Assembly: GCA_949740535.1 (NCBI GenBank)
Contig: CATJHO010000098.1
Location: forward strand, 2,570 to 66,569
Origin: an uncultured Lachnospiraceae bacterium
GTDB taxonomy: Bacteria; Bacillota; Clostridia; Lachnospirales; Lachnospiraceae
Length of the DNA stretch: 64,000 nucleotides
Direction of reading: 5' to 3'
Under the pieces are notes generated by a model. The model saw only the letters and a list, made by a program, of their open reading frames with translations, was not told the DNA's origin and did not search any database. Positions 10,107-18,744 of the stretch are shown piece after piece. Positions within the stretch are counted from its first letter, which is position 1. Every line of letters starts with the position of its first letter. The position numbers were made by a program, and so were the translations under genes.

Positions 10107-11462
10107 TTATTCCTCCTCATATCCGCACCAGTCCATGCATTGGCATGCGATGATTTTTGTATAATCCACAAGCTGGCGGATACTGCACCGCTCATTATCA
10201 TTGTGTGCCAGCGCCGGATTGCCCGGACCGAAATTAACCGTCGGAATTCCTGCCAGCCTCTTTGGCCACTCATTATCCGTGTGGAACTCTGAACCTGTAA
10301 GCTCCATATCCGGCATAATTTCCCGGCCTGTCTTCAAAAAGGCATCTACAAAAGGATGTTCCTTTGGAACCTCTCCACAGTCTGCTTCCAGAATCCAGTC
10401 CACCTTAGGGGGATGCTCCCGCATCCAGGGATCCGCGGCTGCCACTCCTGCGATATACGCCTCAAATTCCTTTTTTGTGGCTGTCCCAAGTCCCTTCTCA
10501 TCGGTCTCATGAGGCAGCACCTGCAGATTGTAGCTTAAGACACAGCGGTCCGGATAGCTGGAGTGATGATGCCCTCCCTGTATTTTGGAAAGCTTTGCCT
10601 GGCAGGGCAGACGCAGAAGCTCATGGTTCTTATCCGGTCTCGTTTCCCAGTCCCTGTTCAGCTGTTCAATGGCTTGCGCCAGATAAAATGCTTTTTCAAT
10701 CGCGCTGACAACTCCTCCCTGACTCCAATGAGGCTGTGTCACTTCCAGATGACCAGTCTTTCCGTAAACCTCCACATCCACCCAGAGGATTCCCCGGCAC
10801 AGAAGGCTCAGCTGCAGATTGGTAGGCTCTCCCATAATGGCCGCATCCACTGAAATTCCTGCTTTTCTCAAAAATTCAGAGAATGCCAGCATACCGGTTC
10901 CCCCGGTCTCCTCTCCCACGATACTTCCAAACCAAATATCGCCTTTCAGCTTCACCTGATTTTCCTTAAGGGCCTTCACAGCCATAAGCATTCCTGCAAT
11001 TCCCCCCAGCATATCCACGGTTCCTCTGCCATAAAGAAAGCCGCCGGCTGTCTGCCCCTCAAAGGGCGGATACTCCCACCGGGCCGGATTTTCCACTGGG
11101 ACAACATCGGCATGTCCTGCCAGCATCAGAGATTTTGCCTCTCCTCCTCTGCTTCCCTTTATCCGGGTATAAAGATTCTCTCTCCCTGAGAAATCAATCC
11201 GATCCGTATATCCGGACACAAAGCCGGGCATCCCCCGGTATGCTTCCAGCTCTTTCAGGTCTACCGGCACACAATCCGCTTCCAGCCCCATAGCCTGTAT
11301 CCTTTCCTTTACGATCTGCTGGACCTTCCGCTCATCCTCTGTCTCTGACAGAGCTCCGTTTACCGGCCTGGACCTTACCATGTCCCGAAGCAGTTCCACC
11401 AGTTCATTTTCATGGAAATCAATCCATTTCAGAACTTCTTCTTTTTTCCTGTATCCTTCCAT
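10107..11462 (-). CDS. M20 ArgE/DapE-family deacylase
   Basis: LAGHADVV, RGTVDMLGG, GEETGG, GEPT, AHNDNE metal/catalytic motifs all present. Confidence 0.88.
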   Translation of the reverse strand: MEGYRKKEEVLKWIDFHENELVELLRDMVRSRPVNGALSETEDERKVQQIVKERIQAMGLEADCVPVDLKELEAYRGMPGFVSGYTDRIDFSGRENLYTRIKGSRGGEAKSLMLAGHADVVPVENPARWEYPPFEGQTAGGFLYGRGTVDMLGGIAGMLMAVKALKENQVKLKGDIWFGSIVGEETGGTGMLAFSEFLRKAGISVDAAIMGEPTNLQLSLLCRGILWVDVEVYGKTGHLEVTQPHWSQGGVVSAIEKAFYLAQAIEQLNRDWETRPDKNHELLRLPCQAKLSKIQGGHHHSSYPDRCVLSYNLQVLPHETDEKGLGTATKKEFEAYIAGVAAADPWMREHPPKVDWILEADCGEVPKEHPFVDAFLKTGREIMPDMELTGSEFHTDNEWPKRLAGIPTVNFGPGNPALAHNDNERCSIRQLVDYTKIIACQCMDWCGYEEE

Positions 11463-11503
11463 TATTTCCTCCTTTAATTAATTATTCCACTGAAGTTAAT
11501 AAA

Positions 11504-11532
11504 AGAATAGCACAGATAATTATATATTTCAA
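11504..11532 (-). promoter_or_regulatory. sigma70 promoter of the deacylase/ABC/ROK operon
   Basis: Minus strand TTGAAA-N17-TATTCT with extended TG. Confidence 0.65.
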
Positions 11533-11549
11533 CTAATTTTTTAGTTGAA
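11528..11549. promoter_or_regulatory. perfect inverted repeat, candidate operator
   Basis: TTCAACTAA-tttt-TTAGTTGAA overlapping the -35 box. Confidence 0.55.
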
Positions 11550-11624
11550 TAATCACCAAATTTACAGCATAAATACTAGTAATAGTAACCAAAAAATCCA
11601 TAAATGAATTCCAAAAATGCTTAT

Positions 11625-11652
11625 TTGCTTTTACGCCGTTTTATGGTACAAT
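11625..11652 (+). promoter_or_regulatory. sigma70 promoter of the M23-bactofilin operon
   Basis: TTGCTT-N16-TACAAT with extended TG; AGGAGG RBS downstream. Confidence 0.6.
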
Positions 11653-11674
11653 AGGGAACACAGGAGGTTATGGA

Positions 11675-12427
11675 ATGAAAAATCAAAGACATAAACGTAA
11701 AGAAATTTATTCCGTTCTCATGGTATCCAACACCAACGGGAAAAGTAAGCAGTTTCAGATAGCCGCTTTGACTCTCCGTTTATGCGCCGGCCTGCTGCTT
11801 CTCTTATTGATTGTCGTGGGATGGCTGATCTACCAGACCTCTATGGCAGACGGGTCCTTAAGCGTTCTTCGGCGCCAGCTGGCTGAACAGACCAAGAAGA
11901 TAGAGGAGCTCGAAGCAAAAACAGACGCTTTGACCAAAGATAAATTAAAACTTACAGCAGAAAATGAAGCTCTGCGGCAGAAAACAGAAACTTCCGCAGC
12001 ACAGGAAAACGCTTCCGAAGAAGCTGCAAACGGAGAGAATGCAGAAGCAGCTTCCGCTCTTCCCTCCCATTTCCCCTCTGACGGCGCGTATACATTAAAG
12101 CCCGACAAATACACAGAGGAACATCCCTACATTTCTGTCAGCACCTTCAATGGCGGCCATATTGTAGCAGCAGGGGACGGAACCGTAACCGCAGTCAGCT
12201 CGGAAGATGAAATCTATGAACATATCATTGAGATCGAGCATGAGGATGGTTACAAGACCCGTTATCTCCTTCACAAAGAAGCAGAGATCAACGTGGAGGA
12301 AGGGGCCCAGGTAGAGGCCGGAACTATTTTAATGACCATTACATCGGATGACACCCAGCTGGATTATCAGGTTCTTTTGAATGGAGAAACCATTGATCCG
12401 CTCTCTGTTATCGATGCAAAAGGATAA
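11675..12427 (+). CDS. membrane-anchored coiled-coil protein with degenerate M23 peptidase domain
   Basis: One TM helix, coiled coil, then IVAAGDGTV...IEHEDGYKTRY...V..G..V.AG...NGETIDP; HxxxD and HxH zinc motifs are not intact. Confidence 0.8.
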   Translation: MKNQRHKRKEIYSVLMVSNTNGKSKQFQIAALTLRLCAGLLLLLLIVVGWLIYQTSMADGSLSVLRRQLAEQTKKIEELEAKTDALTKDKLKLTAENEALRQKTETSAAQENASEEAANGENAEAASALPSHFPSDGAYTLKPDKYTEEHPYISVSTFNGGHIVAAGDGTVTAVSSEDEIYEHIIEIEHEDGYKTRYLLHKEAEINVEEGAQVEAGTILMTITSDDTQLDYQVLLNGETIDPLSVIDAKG

Positions 12428-12464
12428 AATCAGCACCACCAATTAGTGTACAGGAGGATTTCAC

Positions 12465-12896
12465 ATGTTAGGAAAAAGTAAAACCGTAACTACTACTGCA
12501 TCTGCAAATGATGCTCAGACAAAAATCGGCACCATCATCGGACCAGGCGCTGTGTTTGACGGCAACATCACCGCGCCGGAAGCCATCCGGATTGACGGAA
12601 AGCTCAACGGCAACTGCGCTTCTCTGGGAAATTTAATTCTCGGCACAGACGGTGAGATTAAAGGCAATATTATTGCTCAGAACGTTATCATTTCCGGTAA
12701 AGTGGTAGGCGACATCTCCGCTTCCGGCAAGCTGGAGCTGTTCTCCACCGGCCGTCTGTCCGGCAACATTTCCGCCCGCTCCCTTGTTATTGACGAGGAT
12801 GCATTCTTCGACGGCAGATGTACCATGGTAACCAATCAGACCATCACCGAGGAAGAAAAAAAGGAAGCTCCCAAGGACGAAACATCAGCCGAATAA
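12465..12896 (+). CDS. bactofilin (polymer-forming cytoskeletal protein, CcmA-like)
   Basis: TIIG.GAVFDGNI...IRIDG...G.IKGNI.AQNVIISG.V.GDI...LVIDEDAFFDGRC beta-helix pattern. Confidence 0.92.
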   Translation: MLGKSKTVTTTASANDAQTKIGTIIGPGAVFDGNITAPEAIRIDGKLNGNCASLGNLILGTDGEIKGNIIAQNVIISGKVVGDISASGKLELFSTGRLSGNISARSLVIDEDAFFDGRCTMVTNQTITEEEKKEAPKDETSAE

Positions 12897-12981
12897 TTTT
12901 ACATAATAAAATCTGTGCTCAGAGAATGTTTTATATCACGGAAATTTTCTGTTTTGCAACAGCCCTGGTTTCCTGTGATAC

Positions 12982-13028
12982 AAAAAGGACATCGGCCTGG
13001 GATTCTCCATCCCTGTCGATGTCCTTTT
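12982..13028. terminator. bidirectional intrinsic terminator
   Basis: AAAAGGACATCG...CGATGTCCTTTT between convergent bactofilin and GSIII genes. Confidence 0.8.
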
Positions 13029-13061
13029 ACTTTGCGGTTTTCCTGCCGGTTTCCCCGAAAT

Positions 13062-15185
13062 CTACACCTCAAACAGCAGATCCCCATAAGAGGGCATGGG
13101 CCACATATCCTTGGCCACCAGCATCTCCAGCTTATCCACCGGCTGCCGCAGGGCTTCCATCGCCGGAACCACTATATCCTGGAAATACACGGCACGATTC
13201 CTTCCCTCTTTCTGCTCTCCGGAAGCATCCGTTACCTCCGTCAGTCTCCGCAGAGCCGCCTTAGTCGCTGCCAGCAGGGAAGAGCATTCCTTCAGGAGCT
13301 CAATCTGAACACTGATATTGGCTTCCCCGCAGGCCTGGCGAATCTGATTCACCGAAGAGGCAAGAGCCGTGGTATACTGCAGCACAGAGGGAATGATGTG
13401 CTTGCTGGCAATGTCAATCATAGAACGGGCCTCAATATTAATCGCCTTGGCATAGGTTTCATACTGAATCTCCGCACGGGACTGAAGCTCTGCGCGGGTA
13501 AATACCCCATAAGTCTCAAAGAGCTCCACCGTTTTATCCTCTGTCAAAACCGGAATTGCATCAACCATGGTTTTAATATTGGGAAGGCCTCTGCGCCTGG
13601 CCTCCTCCACCCATTCCTCTGAATATCCGTTCCCGTTAAAAACAATCCGCTGATGCTCTGAGGCATATTTCTTGATCAGATCGTGAACTGCCATGTCAAA
13701 GTCCTTAGCCTGTTCCAGACAATCACAAGCCTCGGCAAAAGACTGGGCTGTAATGGTATTGAGGACCACATTGGGAGCCGCAATGGAATCCCTGGATCCC
13801 ACCATACGGAACTCAAATTTATTGCCTGTAAAGGCAAATGGCGAAGTCCGGTTGCGGTCTGTAGCATCCTTGGCAAAATCCGGAAGGGTGCGCACTCCTG
13901 TATGTAAATGGCCGCCCCGCAGACTGTGCGTGGCCTCTCCTGTGCTGATAAGCTGAGACAGCACATCTTCCAGCTGTGCTCCCAGATAGACAGAAATAAT
14001 CGCAGGCGGCGCCTCACTGGCTCCCAGACGGTGATCATTTCCCACGTCAGCTGCAGACTCCCGAAGAAGGGCTGCATGGGTATCCACTGCTTTCAGGATA
14101 CAGGTCAGAATCAGCAGAAACTGAATATTCTCATGGGGCGTCTTTCCCGGATCCAGAAGATTGATTCCGTCATCCGTGATCAGCGACCAGTTGTTGTGCT
14201 TCCCGGAACCATTTACGCCGGCAAAGGGCTTTTCGTGGAGCAGACACTGAAGGCCATGCTGATAAGCTGCTTTCTTCAGAGTCTCCATCACCAGCTGGTT
14301 GTGATCCACTGCTACATTACATTCTGCGTAGATAGGAGCAAGCTCATGCTGGCCCGGAGCCACCTCGTTATGCTGTGTCTTGGCCGATACCCCCAGCTTC
14401 CATAGCTCCCGGTTCACATCTGCCATAAAGTCTGCAATCCGTTCCCGGATAACCCCGAAATAGTGATCATCCAGCTCCTGGCCCTTCGGCGGCATCGCCC
14501 CAAACAGCGTGCGGCCGGTAAACACCAGATCCTTCCTCTTCAGGTACTTTTCCCGATCCACCAGAAAATACTCCTGCTCTGCTCCTACGGAAGGCGTTAC
14601 TCTCCGGGAAGTCTCATTGCCAAACAGCTTAAGGAGGCGGAGCGCCTGCTTGTTAACCGCTTCCATGGATCGCAGAAGCGGAGTTTTCTGATCCAGCGCC
14701 TCGCCCTTATAGGAACAGAAGGCTGTTGGAATGTACAGAATGGCTCTGGAACCATCCGCATCCTTCTTTACAAATGCCGGCGAAGTACAATCCCAGGCTG
14801 TATAGCCTCTGGCCTCAAAAGTAGCCCTTAAGCCGCCGGACGGAAAAGAAGATGCATCCGGCTCGCCTTTCACCAGCTCTTTTCCGGAAAACTCCATCAG
14901 AGCCTTTCCATCTGCTTTGGGTGCGGAGAGAAACGCGTCATGCTTCTCCGCCGTAGCTCCGGTCAGCGGCTGGAACCAGTGAGAATAATGGGTTGCGCCC
15001 TGCTCAATGGCCCACTCCTTCATCTCATGCGCCACCACATCTGCCACTGCCAGATCCAGTTCCTTTCCCTCCTGAATGGTCTGCTTTAATTCCCTGTAAA
15101 TCTTTTTGGGCAGCCGTTCCTGCATGATGGTATCATTAAATACATATTCTCCAAATATTCTGGATATGTTTGTCTTCTCACTCAT
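13062..15185 (-). CDS. glnA: glutamine synthetase type III
   Basis: HWFQPLTG.TAEKHD, GEPDASSFPSGGLRATFEARGYTAWD, NGSGKHNNWS, DRNRTSPFAFTGNKFEFR; 707 aa. Confidence 0.96.
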   Translation of the reverse strand: MSEKTNISRIFGEYVFNDTIMQERLPKKIYRELKQTIQEGKELDLAVADVVAHEMKEWAIEQGATHYSHWFQPLTGATAEKHDAFLSAPKADGKALMEFSGKELVKGEPDASSFPSGGLRATFEARGYTAWDCTSPAFVKKDADGSRAILYIPTAFCSYKGEALDQKTPLLRSMEAVNKQALRLLKLFGNETSRRVTPSVGAEQEYFLVDREKYLKRKDLVFTGRTLFGAMPPKGQELDDHYFGVIRERIADFMADVNRELWKLGVSAKTQHNEVAPGQHELAPIYAECNVAVDHNQLVMETLKKAAYQHGLQCLLHEKPFAGVNGSGKHNNWSLITDDGINLLDPGKTPHENIQFLLILTCILKAVDTHAALLRESAADVGNDHRLGASEAPPAIISVYLGAQLEDVLSQLISTGEATHSLRGGHLHTGVRTLPDFAKDATDRNRTSPFAFTGNKFEFRMVGSRDSIAAPNVVLNTITAQSFAEACDCLEQAKDFDMAVHDLIKKYASEHQRIVFNGNGYSEEWVEEARRRGLPNIKTMVDAIPVLTEDKTVELFETYGVFTRAELQSRAEIQYETYAKAINIEARSMIDIASKHIIPSVLQYTTALASSVNQIRQACGEANISVQIELLKECSSLLAATKAALRRLTEVTDASGEQKEGRNRAVYFQDIVVPAMEALRQPVDKLEMLVAKDMWPMPSYGDLLFEV

Positions 15186-16134
15186 TGTCTTCTCCTGCCT
15201 TTTTCACAGTAATGCCCGCGCGCATTTCCGGGGCAATCCGTATCTCTACCGCTCTTGGATTGTTGGAAATCACCACCCGCTTATGTTCTCCGCCAAATTC
15301 CCCGTCCAGTGACCAGGGAACTTCCTGCTCCGCCTCCACTTCTATCCGGGCGCTACGGAAGGAATACATATACCGCTCATCAATTTCCTTAACCAGAAGG
15401 GCTGTCAGAATTTCCTGCAGTTCTATGGCATTTTTCGGTCTCCGGATAAAGGTCACCTCGTACACGCCGTCATCAAAAACCACATTCTTCCCGACGATTC
15501 TTTTGAATCCGCCCACAGATTTGGAATTCGTTACCATGCCGAAGAGGAAATCCCCCTCAAAGCACATCTCCTGGCTTGTCACCTTCATCTGGTAAGATTT
15601 CACATTGTAGAGGCTCTTCATTCCTTCCAGTATATAGGCCATCTGGCCCAGCGCATTCTTAACCTCCTGCTTCGTGGAATAGGATACTCCTGTAAAAATA
15701 CCAAAAGCCGCAATATAAATAAAATTCCGCTGGTTAAAAGAACCCACATCACAGGCAAAATTTTCACCCCGGACTGCAATCCGCGCCGCCTCCGGCATAT
15801 TGCCGGGTATCTTCAGGGAACGCGCAAAATCATTGCAGGTTCCTGCCGGAATATATCCAATGGGAATTCTCTGCTCTCGCTGCATCATTCCCATCACAAC
15901 CTCGTCCAGGGTTCCGTCACCGCCGCTGCACACCACCAGCTCATAATCTTTTGGCAGCTGCACTATCTGATCCACCGCGTCCTGATATCCTTTTGTGGGA
16001 TAAACCGTCAGCTCGTATCCTGCATCTGCCAGAACCTGCAGAATTCCGTACAGTTTCCCCTTAATATGCTCCTTTCCCGCATGGGGATTATAAATAAAAT
16101 ATAATTTTTTCTTCGGCCATTCCACAGCCTTCAC
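15178..16134 (-). CDS. YegS/BmrU-family diacylglycerol (lipid) kinase
   Basis: IYNPHAG, GGDGTLDEV, IPAGTCNDFAR, LDGEFGG. Confidence 0.92.
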   Translation of the reverse strand: MKAVEWPKKKLYFIYNPHAGKEHIKGKLYGILQVLADAGYELTVYPTKGYQDAVDQIVQLPKDYELVVCSGGDGTLDEVVMGMMQREQRIPIGYIPAGTCNDFARSLKIPGNMPEAARIAVRGENFACDVGSFNQRNFIYIAAFGIFTGVSYSTKQEVKNALGQMAYILEGMKSLYNVKSYQMKVTSQEMCFEGDFLFGMVTNSKSVGGFKRIVGKNVVFDDGVYEVTFIRRPKNAIELQEILTALLVKEIDERYMYSFRSARIEVEAEQEVPWSLDGEFGGEHKRVVISNNPRAVEIRIAPEMRAGITVKKAGEDNE

Positions 16135-16155
16135 CTCTCCTTTTTACCAGCTTGC

Positions 16156-16665
16156 TCATCCAACGATAGAGCCCAGAATGGTATACGACAACACAGTCAT
16201 AATAAATGCCGCCAGCAGCACGCCCAGGATTACTGCCGGAAATGCTTTCCGAAACCGGATTCCCAGAAGAGACGCAATCAGCGACCCTGTCCAGGCGCCC
16301 GTTCCCGGCAGAGGGATTCCCACAAATAAAAACAGTCCCCAAAACTCATATTTTTCAATCTGATCTTTTTTACTCATGGCCCGTTTCTCCAGCTTTTCCA
16401 CCATTGGCCGAAAGAGCTTTGTCTTTTTCAGCCAGTTAAAGATCGCGGTGATAAACAGCAGGATAAAGGGAACCGGAATCAGATTGCCCACAATGCAGAT
16501 AGGAATCGCTCTCCACATTTCCACATCCAGGAAGGCCGGCCCTGCTGCCAGAAGACCTCCTCTCAGCTCCAAAATGGGAATCATGGAAATAATGAAAATA
16601 ATGAGCTCCTTGGCCGCGCTCCCTCCCAATGTATCTACAAACCACTGTACCAATGTTTCTGTCAT
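16156..16665 (-). CDS. small multidrug export family membrane protein (COG2426-like)
   Basis: ISMIPILELRGG, FVGIPLPGTGAWTG; start placed at the second Met (AAAGGA RBS); alternative start 16695. Confidence 0.85.
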   Translation of the reverse strand: MTETLVQWFVDTLGGSAAKELIIFIISMIPILELRGGLLAAGPAFLDVEMWRAIPICIVGNLIPVPFILLFITAIFNWLKKTKLFRPMVEKLEKRAMSKKDQIEKYEFWGLFLFVGIPLPGTGAWTGSLIASLLGIRFRKAFPAVILGVLLAAFIMTVLSYTILGSIVG

Positions 16666-16707
16666 TTTTCTTTGTCCTTTCTCTGCCTGCAGCATATCCT
16701 ATATATT

Positions 16708-17766
16708 TTATCTTTTTAAGTATTCCCTCAAAAATCCAATCAGTATGTCCATCTGCTCATCCGTTCCTATGGTAATTCTCAGATAGTCTCTGATTCTGGG
16801 CGCATCAAAATGCCGTACATAAATATTTTGTTTCTTCAGGGCCTCAAACATTTCTGACGCTGAACAGGATTCATGCCTGGCAAAGATAAAGTTCGCCCTG
16901 GAATCCGGAAATGAAAATCCCAGCTCCAAAAGCTTTTCCTTGGTCCGTTCCCTTGCAGCTATAATTTTCTTCTGTGTCTCCTGAAAATAAGCACCGTCCC
17001 TGACACAAGCCGCTCCCAGCTCCAAAGCCGCCTGGCTCATGGTATAGGAGTTAAAGGAATACTTCACATCATTGAGATACTGAATCAACACCGGATTCCC
17101 CACAGCAAAACCGATCCGCATACCTGCCATGGAGCGGGACTTGGAGAAGGTCTGCACCACAAGAAGATTCTCATAGCGGTCAATCAGCTCCATGGCGGAA
17201 GGGCCTGCAAAATCCACATAGGCCTCATCTACAATCACAACCACGTCCGGATTCCTGCAAAGAATCTCCTCCACCCCGGCAGGCTCCATATAAAGTCCTG
17301 TAGGCGCATTGGGATTGGGGAAAACAATCCCGCCGTTTTCCCTCTGATAATCCTCCCTGACCACCTGGAACGCTTCGTCCAGGGCCGGCTGCTCATAGGG
17401 AATTCCAAACAAATCCGCCCATACCGGGTAAAAGGAATAGGTAATATCCGGAAACAAAATTGGCTTTTTTGAGTTAAAAAAGGTCTGGAACGCCATGGCC
17501 AGCACGTCGTCAGATCCTACACCCACAAAAAACTGCTCCTTCGGCCTGTGATAATAATCTGCCAGCGCCTCCACCAGCACCGAGGAAGCCGGATCCGGAT
17601 AGAGCCGGAACCGCTCTGCATCCATCTCTGCCAGCGCCTGAAGCACTCCCGGCGCAGGCGGGTAAGGGTTTTCATTGGTATTCAGCTTAATCATTCCCGG
17701 TACATTGGGCTGCTCCCCCGGCGTATAGGGCACAACTCTTCGTACGTTCTCTTCCCATTTTTTCAT
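16708..17766 (-). CDS. hisC: histidinol-phosphate aminotransferase
   Basis: IKLNTNENPY, NPNAPTG, DEAYVDF, TFSKSRSMAGMRIG, LRITIGT. Confidence 0.95.
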   Translation of the reverse strand: MKKWEENVRRVVPYTPGEQPNVPGMIKLNTNENPYPPAPGVLQALAEMDAERFRLYPDPASSVLVEALADYYHRPKEQFFVGVGSDDVLAMAFQTFFNSKKPILFPDITYSFYPVWADLFGIPYEQPALDEAFQVVREDYQRENGGIVFPNPNAPTGLYMEPAGVEEILCRNPDVVVIVDEAYVDFAGPSAMELIDRYENLLVVQTFSKSRSMAGMRIGFAVGNPVLIQYLNDVKYSFNSYTMSQAALELGAACVRDGAYFQETQKKIIAARERTKEKLLELGFSFPDSRANFIFARHESCSASEMFEALKKQNIYVRHFDAPRIRDYLRITIGTDEQMDILIGFLREYLKR

Positions 17767-17832
17767 TTTTCAAACTCCTCTTTTGTCACAGTCTCCTGCG
17801 GACGGCAGTTCCCTTCTGCCGTTTCTACTATC

Positions 17833-18732
17833 TTACAGGAGGCTGCGCTTTCTTACAACCCCTTTTTCAATGAGAAATACGGGTTTATAAGACAACTTTG
17901 CTTTTCTCAGTCCTTCCTCTCCCATGTCCTCTTCCCGGTTGAGATAAGCGAAGCCTTCCCCTTCATGCTCTGCAAACTGCTGGTTGATCATGGTATAAGC
18001 CCCCTGCACATCTGCGAAGGCTTTCTCTATATGAACCACCAGGGTATCCTTTCCCACCGGTTCGCCAATGGTGAACGCCACGATCTTTCCATCTACCCGC
18101 AGGGCGCCTCCCCGCATTTCAAGCTCCTCAAAAAGCCGCAGGAAGTTTAGCGTCACACAGATCTCGGCATGTTTTTCCTCATCCTCCTCACAGCCGTTGA
18201 GTTCCCGCCAGCGTAAGGCCATCTGAAAACATTCCTCTATATTCTCCTTCGTAATGGGTTCATAGCTCCAGTCCGGGTAAAGGTTTTTAAATTTGTTGAT
18301 ATGATTCTTTTTACTGTGGTATTTTTTCCCGGACAGATTCGCAAGCTTCTCTGTCTCATATACATAATCCGCATATTCCCGCTCATATTCGATGGAGAAT
18401 GCTCCCGGATAAAGGATCTCCAGCCTGGCAAATTCGTCCTCTGTCACATTGTGAAGCTGAAAAGGCACCCCTCTTTCCTCACAGTAAGCCAGCAGCGTAT
18501 CCACTGTCTTTTTCAGTTCTCCCGGTCCAACGGGAACCGTAAAGGATACCGTTCCTGCAGTATGGCCGAATACCAGCATGTCCTCCACAACTGCAAAGCC
18601 GATATCATAATGCCTCGCCCACAGATATGTGTTGGCAAAGGTCATCTCACAGCTTCTTGTATCCGCATAGGCCAGATACCGGTTGATCTCATCCCGATCT
18701 GCAAGCTCCGGGCGCTTGAAATTGATTTCCAT
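17833..18732 (-). CDS. DUF2156 / phosphatidylglycerol lysyltransferase C-terminal domain protein
   Basis: DYVY...L.GKKYHSKKNHIN, HIEKA, NREEDMG.EGLRKAKLSY.P. Confidence 0.88.
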   Translation of the reverse strand: MEINFKRPELADRDEINRYLAYADTRSCEMTFANTYLWARHYDIGFAVVEDMLVFGHTAGTVSFTVPVGPGELKKTVDTLLAYCEERGVPFQLHNVTEDEFARLEILYPGAFSIEYEREYADYVYETEKLANLSGKKYHSKKNHINKFKNLYPDWSYEPITKENIEECFQMALRWRELNGCEEDEEKHAEICVTLNFLRLFEELEMRGGALRVDGKIVAFTIGEPVGKDTLVVHIEKAFADVQGAYTMINQQFAEHEGEGFAYLNREEDMGEEGLRKAKLSYKPVFLIEKGVVRKRSLL

Positions 18733-18744
18733 AAAATGCTCTCC

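Noticed and set aside
10106-10273. N-terminal extension of the M24 ORF
   Set aside because: Overlaps the M20 gene; the GTG at 10105 has a strong RBS
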